Below, piece after piece: positions 51,480-62,583 of a stretch of DNA of 64,000 bases. Source of the stretch: Ascidiella aspersa (taxonomy: Eukaryota); contig OZ004615.1 in the NCBI GenBank assembly GCA_963924565.1, positions 19,406,001 through 19,470,000 on the forward strand, given 5' to 3'. How positions within the stretch are numbered: position 1 is the stretch's first letter; each line of letters opens with the position of its first letter. Position numbers and translations under genes: made by a program. Below the pieces are notes generated by a model. That model was given only the letters and a program-made list of their open reading frames with translations. It was not told the DNA's origin and searched no databases.

Positions 51480-51504
51480 GGGGGAGGGGGGCGATGGGTG
51501 GGGG
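51480..51504 (+). other. Potential G-quadruplex
   Basis: GGGGG-A-GGGGGG-CGAT-GGG-T-GGGGG. Confidence 0.5.
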
Positions 51505-51712
51505 TGAATGTTTGATGCAAATCCGCATGTCAACAAGAGCATGTTGACTATAGTAGATTAAAACGAGGGGAGGCCTAAACATTTTCGCTGCTTGGGATTC
51601 TGACTTAATTCCACGTTGTTTGAGGTGGGCCTATGATGTGGTTTAATAATAAAAAAAGTTTGCAACATTCGGACCAGTCAAGATATACCATTTCGATCTC
51701 ATACCTCTACAA

Positions 51713-52003
51713 CAGTGGTTTTGGGCCTGTAGGGAGTTCCCAAAAGGGGTAACTTGACAGTTTTATTGAGGTAATTTTGGCCGATTTTAAGATTACACCT
51801 TTAACCGCTTAAGAGCAAAAAGTGGCGTTCAGTTTTCGAATTGTTTATTGTTCAATGGCCATGTGAATGTCAATCATTAAGTTATTATTTTATCGTCCAT
51901 TAAATCGCTAACTTTATAATTAAAAAGGGTTAATTAACAATGGCAAATGTGGCAAGTTGGAGTCGAAATAGGGTAAGGACACTAAAAAGTTTTTGAACCA
52001 ACC
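51713..52003. mobile_element. Degraded hAT (Charlie-like) MITE
   Basis: CAGTGGTT ... AAAAGTTTTTGAACCAACC termini, GGGTAA subterminal repeats, flanks CTCTACAA/CTCTAGAT (6/8). Confidence 0.6.
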
Positions 52004-52709
52004 CTCTAGATATAAAAGTCCGGCCTTGCAAGTTGCAACAACTTGGAGTATATTTGTAGCCGTGAAGTTCAATTATGAGCCAAACAAATCAATAAGGAAC
52101 GGAAGTGGCTCCATAATCGTGTGAAACTCGCTTTCGTCGGCGCAAAGTACGGGCCTTTTCAAAGCTGCTGGATATTAAACACAAGTACATGGGCGTTTGA
52201 TTTGCTCGTGTTCGGCACGTGTGCTCGGTGTAATACACGCGCGGTCGCGACTCGAAAATAGCCATCAAACTACGGATTTAGAAGCTATTATCCGGCAACC
52301 TGCACCTTAGCACCGCCGTCAACCCCGCACTCAATGCCCACTAATCACAGTCCGTAACTGGCCGTCCCGTAAATCGCCTGTGAAACGCAGTATGGCTGTA
52401 TCCCGCGCGGGGTTACGGGGCGGTAAATTGCCGCTCGCCAAAGTTGTGCGAATGTTTTTGGCCGACGGGCGGGTGTTGATTAGGATGGCCGCTTTAAACG
52501 CGGAGCGCGATTAATTGGCGGCTTGCGCCTGAAATTTGGTGTTTTGAAGTTTCATAACGACTTTCGCTCTGGTGCTTTGCACGTGTGCGATGATTTCGCC
52601 CAATTTGCCGCCGAATCGGCCGCGGTTTGGTTTACTAAGCATACTATTTTACAAAAAGGAAAGAGAGTTTTTGGACACCATACACGTTTTTTTTAGTATT
52701 TTCAATAAA

Positions 52710-52821
52710 AATATCAAAGCCATAATATTCGATAAAATCAACATTTCGCAGTTTACAAACGTTTCAGCAATACCTCATGCCATCATCAGTGTAAACAAAC
52801 AAGTGAAGATAAAAGCGATAA
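52710..52821 (-). mobile_element. Short insertion with the best-preserved hammerhead-like fold, family B
   Basis: Minus strand 52796-52751 reads GTTTACA-CTGATGA-T-GGCA[8]TGCT-GAAA-CGTT-TGTAAAC (7-bp stem I). 25-nt tail and a 13/16 direct repeat at 52710-25/52806-21. Confidence 0.75.
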
Positions 52822-53184
52822 GACAAGAGAGACTGGTTAAAAAAGTCTAAAGGCAACGCTTTTAGCCGATCTCACTAACAACCGCGATATTTTCAAAAAC
52901 TAAGTTTCGTTGGACGGAGAAAACAATTGTTATTGCCTGGTTAAACGAAATGTACGAAGACGCCAATATTTTGACTAAATCATTTGTTGAAAGTTAAGTT
53001 GTATCACCGCCGCTAACCAGTTGCGAAAATGCTACGAATTTACAACACAACACGTTTAATAAAATGTAACAAGCTATTTTTTATCGCACCTTAAACACGT
53101 TTATTCTATTAATTGCTAAACATTTTTTTTGACATTTAATAACTAATATTTTGGCCAATTTTGTTTTGCCTTTTAATTATAAAA

Positions 53185-53394
53185 CGGTTATAATATGTTT
53201 CACGAAAATGAGGTTTATAGGTCTACTAAACTGACGTTCAGGGGTACATTTCCAAGAAACACTAAAAATCACAAAACGTTTACGCGGTTTTCAGCCGTCG
53301 TCTTCTATTTGAAAACCGGTTATAATATGTTTCTTGAAAAATGGGTCTGTTAAACTTACAATCTAAGGGGTAAATTTTCAAGAAACACTGAAAA
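53185..53394. repeat. Diverged ~80-bp direct repeat pair
   Basis: CGGTTATAATATGTTTC...AGGGGTA.ATTT.CAAGAAACACT.AAAA at 53185-268 and 53317-394. Confidence 0.8.
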
Positions 53395-56300
53395 CTATAT
53401 AAAATACTTTCTTTGACAATCCCCTTTTATCAGCGTTTCTTTAACCCTCTTAAATGGAATTTGCGTAAACCTGGCCCCTGACGGTCGACGCACAATCGTG
53501 CATTTACGGCGCGGCATCGCTTACGAGGCGCCGCTGTCCAAACCGCGACGTGTGCTTTTGTCGTTAGCGTTCGGGCCGCGCAAAAGCCACAGTGAGTTTA
53601 GGTGGCGATGGAACGCCACTTTAAGGCGCCAGAAAACGGCGTCATTCCAAACCGAAAAACTGCGCGTTTATCGACACAGAACATTTTACTGCGCTGTTTG
53701 TAAAGACTATATGACTTTGTTTGCGGAATACCGGGATCTGAGTTGGGATTCGGTTTATAAGTGAATGTAGCACTGCAGCAGTAATGTTACCTGAAAACAC
53801 TAGGCTTAACTGAAACACTAGACTCAGGCGCAAAATCTAAAAACAGTGTAGTAATTACTAGTTCTCCAAAAAAAAAATGGTAAAAGTAAATTGGTAAATA
53901 TTTTGAAAAAATAGATAACAAACCTAAATCAAGATTACTTAAACAACCTTCTGGAAAAATTCTAAGACAAAATGCCGTTAAATACAACGATCTAAAATAT
54001 ATGCATATTTTTTAAAATCCCTATTTAAAATTTATAGTTTTATAATCACGTTATTCCAACGGCGCGTACAAATATGCGCCGCGAAGACGCCCAACGCCCT
54101 CTACCAAAAAGCACTCTCGCCAAGCTATTTGAGACAACTTTAAACTGGTTAAACACGCGGCTTTGTTCGATCGAGGCAAAAGAGTCTCAGGCACCGGGAT
54201 AAGGGCCCTCAAATATAGCCGACATATTTTATTTTTCCTGAGGTCGTGGATATAGTTTATGCGACGAATTCGTAAACGATAAATCAAACTTCCATTCGTT
54301 CTTGTCAAAGTTGAAATTCTGGGAACAAAATCGTAATGACAGAGACAATTTTCGATGAGACTTTTGCTCTTTGGGCTGACTTCCATGTTTTTACTTGTTT
54401 GTGTGTGCTCCAGATCAAAACAATTTCGCACATAACAATCTGCATATATTTGAAGCTGTTTATGATTGATTAAACTTACCACTTTTAAGATGCTGATAAT
54501 GGCGTATAACAATTAGCTACATTAAAGAGATTTTTTAGCAGCAGAAATGCCACGGTTCGTTCAGGAGTTAACAAATATGGTTTCACCAAAAAACTATTTG
54601 TTAAATAGCACTTCATAGGATGTAAAAACCTGGATGTTTTTTAGGCGAAAACCGCTAAATAAATTGAAGGTTCTACAAGTTTCTAAGTTATAGGCATTCA
54701 AAACGGTGTCTATCGCGGTACCCCGCAGCCAGTATGAAACGACAAGCTTTAGAACCAACGGCCTTTTCGCCTTTCTTGTGCTTTACGTATAATAAAAAAA
54801 TGATGAGATCATTTTAAGGCTGCCAAACTAAAAACAAAATCATATTGCGGCACCAGCTAAATGCGACAGTAAAGATATTTGGGGGCGCACAATTTGTAAA
54901 TATTCAACCCCACATAAACAAAATGCCTGAAAATGTCAGAGCATTTTTTCAAAACCTGCCAAAAAAGGAGAATCAAGAACGATGGCAAAGGAAAAAGCGC
55001 AATTTGAAGCTACATATCTATTAGGCTTAAAACGAAAGTCAAACTGTAACGTGACGCTTTTTAAACTGTGTTCCAGGCATGGAAAAATCTTAATATTTCA
55101 TCTGCCAATCACACTTGAACCGTCCGCAAAGCAACAATCGCGCTTTTTCAGGTGTTTCATGTTTGTTATCCACTCATTGGCCAGATAAGACCCACAGCTG
55201 TTAGTTACCCGCAGCCAACACTATCGCCATTCATGGGTGGTTGTGACGTCATTATTGGCGTATTTTGAATAATGCCACTCTAAGACTTGGGAATAATAAC
55301 ACGCGGATTCTTACTTTCTTTTTATTAGGAAAACGTTTTTTTTTATACTCGTGTACAAGAAACTGTCAATTCATTTTCTTAAAATAGCTCTTTAGGCGCA
55401 AAATTTGGAATTTTTGCAAATCTAGAATATTATGCCACAACCAAAATTCAGAGGTATTTCGTAAAAACTCGACCTATTTGCGTGATTATTGGCGTCACAA
55501 TTGTTAACTTAGTATTTCACGAGTAATTGTGCGATACTCGTTATTCAACCCAGTTAAATAACTGGAAAAAATCCAATCCTCATTTTAAGTGGTAAATATC
55601 ACTGTGGTTCGAAAACGCCAAAATAAAACGATTTAAACCTGGGAATAAAACGATGATTTTAGTTATGCGTATTATTAGGCCGGCGATGTTAAACGATTTG
55701 GTTGCGGATTACAAAAACTTTTATCCCGTCACAGAACCACAAATAGACTACGCAACCAGCACTCTACTCGTCATCGTTCAAAACAAATCACGGCAAAGCT
55801 GTTCCATCAGCATTTCCAATATTTACTCTAGAAATGGATTCGAAATTTCCGCTTTCGCAGCTGAAGGCTACCGCCCAGCTATTGGCGCGATTGCGCGTTG
55901 CTGGGGGCAACCGAGCCTTCTGCGCAGCACAGTTCGTTTGATCTTCGAATCGGCGACGAATCTCGGCAAATAGTCACGGCTGCCAGCTTTCGGGGGATCG
56001 CTGCAAAGTGGTTTAAATGCCCGCCGGTGAGAAGAGGCAAATGCATTAGTGGGTGTAAATGTGGGGAAAGCGGTTGGCCCAGTGTGGGTGGGAACCGAAA
56101 GGTGTAAGTCGTTTTTGCCCGTTGTGCGTTTTCAGCGGAAACTAGGGATGATGTTATCTTTTTTTGATCTCGCTAATGTTGGGCAAGGTTACGCTTTTCT
56201 ATCTACAAATTTCGTAACGGATTTTATATTAAAAAAACGGAAAATACTTGCGTGCTATGTGTGAACAAATGGCGTTGCATAGTTTAAATTGCTTAAACTT

Positions 56301-59300
56301 TCATTTTAAAGTAGGCGATGGGACTCACAAGGCCTCAGGCTCACCGAGTTAAAACCAAATGGCCTAAGACACATTTAGAATATTTTTTTTTTGCATTTGC
56401 ATAGTTAAAATAGGCAAAAAAATATGGCCCTTGATCAGCCACTGCTTACATATTTGGTTTAAATACCTGTTTTATGAACATATCACATTATGAAAAGCAT
56501 TTTTAAATTGTTTAAAGTGTGTTTAAAGTAGACATCCAACAAAACTAAAAACTAATAACGTTTATTTCTTTGAAATTTGAACCTAGCTAAACAGGTCTCG
56601 TATTGCGGCAAATTATCTCCGGTTTAAATCCAGTCAACACTAGGTGAGTAATAATTCTAATTGATCTTTATGCAAATTAAGTTCTATCAATATTACTTCA
56701 TTCTCACAAATGTTGCTACAAGAACTAAACGAAGGATTGTAACATAACCAACTTTATGTCAAGTATTGTCAATTTCTGCCTTCCGCAAAATGTAATCGTC
56801 TTCGTCAGTTGGTGTCGGTTGAATTTCACAAGTAAATTTATTTCGTTTAAAACCAATTACCCAAGTCGGGTCATTTTGACAGATGTCTTAAACTAGATAT
56901 CACATGTTTTACATCATTGCGTTTCGTCGTTAAAATAAATCACCCTAGCGGCAAAAAAGATATCACGTACACCCTAAAATAGAGCAAACATCATTTTAAC
57001 GAGCAATTCTGGTTTAAAATCGGGTCAAATGTCTTGAAAACAATTGTCGACCACGGTGGATGAAAGCGTTCTTTGCACGACAACCAAAACGCAGAGTGAG
57101 GGCAATGGCGTCGATGGGATTTTAGAGTCGGCTCAGCCATTTCCGGGCAAGCGTTAGTCTAAAGACTGTGAAAAGAGCCCAGGCCATAAGCGTCGAGCAA
57201 AACGTCAGCGACTAATCGCATCGGAAATGGCCGCGATCGCTGGCTTCAATTACCTGTAACTGCTGCACTGACAGAAAGACAGACTCTCGCCCGTCAAGCC
57301 GGCGACGCGCTCCGGAATTGATGCGCGGAAATAAAAGCCCGATCGTTTGCGATTGAGCTATTTCGGCCGACAGCCAGCCTTCAAAGGGAGGCCGTGAATT
57401 TGAGTTGAACGCCAGGGACTTCAAACGGCCGCTTGTCGCTTTCTGCCGCAAGCCCGTTTAAGACAAGTCGCCTTGTTTCAAGGTTTAGCTATTTGCTGTT
57501 AGATTACCGGCGGTCAGCAACCGCGGTATAGCTTACCAGCAGTGTTACCGCGAAACAAATGCTCAGCATCCGTTAGGCCATTTGTACAATTTGCTCTTCG
57601 TGCATTTGAGTCACTTACACAACTTATAGGCGAGAAATCATTCTATTTTTCGACACAAATTCAAACCTAAACGTGGACAAATTGTATGAACATTGAAAAG
57701 CACAAAAACAAGTAGCTTATATACGCGATTTCGAAGTGTAATTTGTTTTGTCGTAAAACTTGATACATATTCCACAAAGTTTGTTTTATCAGGGCTCCTG
57801 TAGCTCAGCCTTATAATATGTATGCTCACTAAATTTAGCATTTGGTCAGTTAAATTCGTTTTTTAAAACGAGCACTGCTTTTCATCAAAAGCTTTGTTAT
57901 CCGCCAGAAACGTAAGGCACTAATTATAAGGCAAACATTCGGCCATAGTCGCACCAAAAGGAATTGAAAAAATCTCTAAAATTTAAAAGCAAAATCGCCC
58001 CACGATAAAATACTGCCCGCTTGACAAAGGTGAGTTGGGTAAAAGCGAAAAACCATTAAAGTCCGTTTGTCCATTACCGCCCAATCCGGACACTGACCAC
58101 CAGCTTTGAAGTTGGCCATTACGTCGGTTTTCCAGTTGGGCCCAGCGGTCGATTTGATCGGACTTAACTACATCTCCCATGTTATCGGAGTGCGCTGGAC
58201 ACCTGATCAATTTCACTTGCCCCCCTGGCTCGGCGCTTTGAACTAACGAGCCCGTATTGATACAAGTAATGCGCCCACAAATATGGACGAGGCTTTTGGC
58301 GAAAACATGCCGCGCTTCCGGGAATAAAAACACCTTTGAGCTCTCATGTTCGATTTTCGTTGGGGGGTGGTCCTTTCTTGAAGTATTTTGCTCTTGCGCT
58401 TATTATATTGGCACTTTCTTGTCAGGGATGTTCTCAGGGTCGTCACAAATCTTTAAAGGTCTTTGAATTTATTTTATGTGTAGATTAGGTGTTTTGAAGT
58501 GCCTTATTTTTTTAAACCATAGTTGTTGTGTTTAACGTGCGGCATTTGTACAATTTGTTTTGATTTATATTTAACATTTGTCGAGTGATAAAATTTTAGG
58601 TCCTTGAAAACCTATAAATTTTCTATTTGAATTGACTTTATAGAAAAGTGTGGCAAACCTGATTCGATATGTGCAGAAGTTGCGATTTCGTGAGAAGCAA
58701 ATGTTTTAGTATAATCGGGTTTAAATAACGAAAGCCAACGCCCTTAAAAACATTAGGACAAAATATCCCACCACGACCTTTTAAAGAAATGTATTTTTAC
58801 ACGTTACCGTTGTCGGCACTTCAAGAGTATGCCGTGTTGTCTTCAGACAAATCCTGGGTGTTACTTATTTGCTGACGTGTACTTGTCAAGTCAAACTTCA
58901 AATGTGAGAGTAAATACACCCCGGAACTAATCGCTTCAAAATATATTATTCGGTCATTACCAGTGAGCAGGCATTTTACACAGTGTTCCCTGTACTAAAC
59001 TGTCATACTGAGAATTTTTTTTTTCACTGAGCATGACCAATTTAAGGCTGATTAGGCCGAGTTTACCAACATAAGAAAAAAGTACACTTTTAAATAACAA
59101 CTATATAGTTTCTCCTTGTCTTGGTGCTTTTCGGATATGATGAGGTCAGCTGGCATGTTGCCGAAGCGGTGGCTACTAACTTTTATTACACTCGAAGAGA
59201 TCCTTATCTATTTAAAACGTTATCCAGGTTTTTGCTGAATTTTGCCCCAGAAAAATAGTTTTAAACTTGTAGCGATGCAAGTGCGCAAGAACTACATTTA

Positions 59301-60754
59301 ACTGCGCAAACGGTAATATCGTAAAGTGGGTTACTTGGAGGAAACACTAGTGTAAGTTTAACTTCCAGCGTCCTATTTTTCCGAGGACACCTTCGCGGAA
59401 TTTGTGCGCGAATTGATAAGCAGCAGAAAAACTACGTTTCGTTCCTGAAGCAACTCGAGTGGAAATGTCAGCTCAAGTCGGTTTCCAGGTGTCGGGCATT
59501 ATCGCCGGAATCTAAATCCGCGCGCAGTAACACGCTGTTACATTTGTAAGGCGCCCACAACACACGATTTGTGACCGCGCAGTTGCTCAGTTCAGATCGT
59601 ATCTTCCACAAGCCTTCTGCGGCAAGCGACATTCCGCGGTCCGACTTGTAACGTACGACAGGTGCAATTGTTGCACCAAAATTTCAGAATCCTTATACTT
59701 AACGGCCTGTCGGATGCCAAGCGCTACACTAACTGTCTTAATACTGTATTATTTTAAGCGAACGCAAATGAAATAAAAAAGACGTAAAACAATAAAGGCG
59801 GTCAACGTATAAAAAGGAGCAGCAACGTGATTTGCAAAAGTGTCAAAATGTTTTCCTATACCCTGCCAAAAGCCCAACTGCCATCATTTCCCTCGGCGGT
59901 TTACAACTATGCAACAAGGGACAAAATCGGTAACGAAAGAGTGTGACAGACGTGCAAACGATAAAATTAAGCTTGTAACGCAATCTAGTTCCGCGTTGTC
60001 ACCGACACGGAGAAAAGACGCGAAAATGCTGAAAAAACGCTCGGTTGAAACGACGTCAGGATAACTGGTTCTCAAGAAAATTTTAGGTCATGCTATGACG
60101 TAATGAATAATTTGCGGCTCTAAAATTCTACTATCTATACAAGACGCTTTGTTGTGTTTTTGAAAGAGAAATACAGAGCGCACAAAAGTCATTAATCGAT
60201 AATTTTAAAACAAATTAAAAAAAAACATATATTAACTTTCTTTTCTGTTTAAAAAAATAACCAATGTTTGTTTTTAGGAGAAAACAACTCTAAACAAACT
60301 AAATGACTTTGTAAAATCTTCCCGCACTAAATAATTTCCAGACTCATGTGTGACCTAAAAATGGAGACAAATCCGCCAGATTTCACGCAACCTGCAATTT
60401 AATTAATAAGCACTCTAACACGTGTTCCATGCGGCAACGAAATAACTCCACAGAATTCCTAATCTAGTGAGAAAAGGCTTGCTATAAAAATGTGTTAGTC
60501 GCATATGGACCTGTACAAAGAAACTTGTTCTCAGAAAATAGTAAATTAATCAGTCTCAGTAAATGAAGATCACATTGAGGTTAAACTTGACCGCATAGCC
60601 TTACAAATACATTTGTGAACCTTTTATTTGTTTTATTTTGATTATTATGTTTATTATTATTGGGTATCGGATCGTACACTATTCGCCACAATGCCGGGTC
60701 TCGTACAAATGAGTAGCATACAGCACTTAAACCTTAATACTTATGTTTATTCAG

Positions 60755-60854
60755 ATTCCGGATCTATCGATCTTCTTGCACTATCGCTGGCCGAAAACCC
60801 TGCTTTCCCGACGGGCGTCGAACTTATCAAAGAAAAGGGGGTGGTTGGATACAG
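60755..60854 (+). CDS. Internal exon A of a TSPN/laminin-G domain protein (TSPEAR-like N-terminus)
   Basis: Acceptor TTTATTCAG| and donor CAG|GTGAGT; 100 nt, phase 1 to 2. (D)SGSIDLLALSLAENPAFPTGVELIKEKGVVGY(R) resembles TSPEAR DLRPLDILAE...SGIRIVQVHGARGL as recalled. Confidence 0.8.
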
Positions 60855-61416
60855 GTGAGTTTTCAAATTGGGCGTTATACGGCAACAGTGGGATGCATAA
60901 AATCCTGTTAACCTCGAAGTACAAATAAGACATATTTGTTTTTACTTGCCAACATTGCGATCGTAACACTATTCGTTATACTATTGTAAGTATGGGAAAT
61001 GTTTAAAAGATACCTCGCACTTGAAGAAGGTTTGCATACAATTCTTTGAAAAGCCTTACCGGGTGTCGTGATGTCAGTAATGATGACGTATGTATAATCT
61101 TAAATAAACTTAAAACGGTCATTGGATAGCGACAGCATATGTGGGGCACTCGCTTTTTTCATTACTATTGACAATATTAGTTAGCTTTTTAAAGCAAATG
61201 TAGTGCATCACATAAATATTGGCAACAAAATTGTTGTTTGTTGCATAGGACTGTTAAAATTTTAGTTTAATATTACTATAAAAAACGCAGCGGTTTAGTC
61301 TGCCAGAACAATTTTAGCCAAGTTACACCATAGAAGCAAACATATATTAGTGTTGCACGATAGGTTATAATTGCCGTATCGACCAAATTTTCAAAAAACA
61401 TTTCGTTGACCTTCAG

Positions 61417-61567
61417 GTTTGACCCGGAAGCGCGGCTGTTCGGAGTCTACGCGGCAGAAGTGATGACAAAATGCAAATATTTCCCACACGAGTTTTCGTT
61501 GATCGTGACATTTCAACGGAAGACGACCAACAACGACAACGAGTACTTGCTAACACTTCTAGCCCAG
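61417..61567 (+). CDS. Internal exon B of the TSPN/LamG domain protein
   Basis: Acceptor CCTTCAG| and donor CAG|GTGAAA; phase-compatible with exon A. (R)FDPEARLFGVYAAEVMTKCKYFPHEFSLIVTFQRKTTNNDNEYLLTLLAQ carries the C-x-x-FP-x-EFS-x-x-VT ... NEYLLT signature. Confidence 0.85.
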
Positions 61568-61635
61568 GTGAAATGTTAACGACGCATTACACGCTCACGA
61601 AGTGTCTGACGTTATCTCTTTTTGTTAATGGGAAG

Positions 61636-61710
61636 CCATCCGTCTATTGGTGTACATCTAGATACTGTTTTCGAATGATTGATGTAATGGTAAAACTCGT
61701 TTTCGAATCG
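61636..61710 (+). CDS. Candidate exon C (possibly frameshifted or with shifted acceptor)
   Basis: Strong donor TCG|GTAAGC. An AAG acceptor gives in-frame PSVYWCTSRYCFRMIDVMVKLVFES, but a second frame from 61631 (GSHPSIGVHLD) fits the domain better and lacks an AG. Confidence 0.4.
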
Positions 61711-61992
61711 GTAAGCGTGGTATTTTTAGGCCGTTTGGTCACTCTTTTTTTTTGGCGAGTTAAATATAATTTTTGTAACGCTAACACCCCGAACAACATG
61801 AAAGACCTAAGAAAATATTATGAATCTCATATATTTTAGCCTTGTTTTGCAGTTACACTATAAATAGTACATACAGCTTAACCTTTTTTTGTGTATCGAT
61901 TATTATTACAGTGTATTTCTAGATTTTTGAGTTTTGTAGAAATAACAACTTTAGAACACTATATACGGATTTGTTCATAAGTTTAATGATGA

Positions 61993-62132
61993 AAATAACG
62001 GCCCAAATAGACGTTAAAAGCGACATGCATCACTGATGATGGCATTACAAATTGCCGAAACGTTTGAAAATAAAGCATGTCGCTTTTAACAACTTTAGGT
62101 TTTTTATGTTTTTTTAAATAAGCACGGCCAAT
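61993..62132 (+). mobile_element. Hairpin insertion with hammerhead-like core, family B, within the TSPN gene in sense
   Basis: Perfect 16-bp arms GTTAAAAGCGACATGC (62013-28)/62075-90 enclosing TCA-CTGATGA-T-GGCA[8]TGCC-GAAA-CGTT-TGA and AATAAA (62069-74). 25-nt tail and a degenerate AAATAA..CGGCC.AA direct repeat. Confidence 0.78.
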
Positions 62133-62222
62133 TTCGCTTTGCACCAATTTAAACGTAAGTGTCTAGAAATGTGTCAAGCCTACATTTTATTAACGTTTAG
62201 ATCCTCTATTTTATTTTTTTAG

Positions 62223-62266
62223 GGTGTTGACGTGATTGATTTTTTTAATGATTCGCCCCGGATTGG
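62223..62266 (+). CDS. Candidate short exon D, start of a possible second TSPN-like domain
   Basis: Acceptor TTTTTTTAG| and donor GG|GTAATT; GVDVIDFFNDSPRI(G), phase 2 matches the next candidate exon. Confidence 0.45.
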
Positions 62267-62394
62267 GTAATTTTAAATACCTTATTACTATGAGCAACAC
62301 TAGCAAACTTTCATTAACTTAAAACGGTGATTTTAATTTCACGCGTGATATTTGACTTTTTCGTGATATTTCACTCTCAAACGCTCGAAAGCAG

Positions 62395-62583
62395 GCTTGT
62401 CGAGGTGACAGGATTGTCGCGTTACAAATCAAATGAACCTCGGTTTCCCACATATTTATTGTCTGGATTTTTCCGTCTGTACATAATTCACCTCACATAT
62501 ACCCAACGTTACTGGGGTCAGGCAACCTCCTTTCGTTACTTTCATGCCGGCAATAAAGACACTTACAAAGTTTTTCGAAGAAG
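62395..62583 (+). CDS. Candidate exon E (3' boundary uncertain)
   Basis: GCAG| acceptor; open frame LVEVTGLSRYKSNEPRFPTYLLSGFFRLYII... resembles the G-x-x-x-V-x-G...FP-x-Y start of collagen/NELL TSPN domains; donor weak. Confidence 0.35.

Noticed and set aside
240-60064. The many 60-183 aa ORFs in the supplied track
   Set aside because: They mostly coincide with GC islands on both strands and often start at TTG/GTG. Many are Arg/Ala/Cys-rich with no recognisable domain, as expected by chance in GC-rich eukaryotic non-coding DNA.
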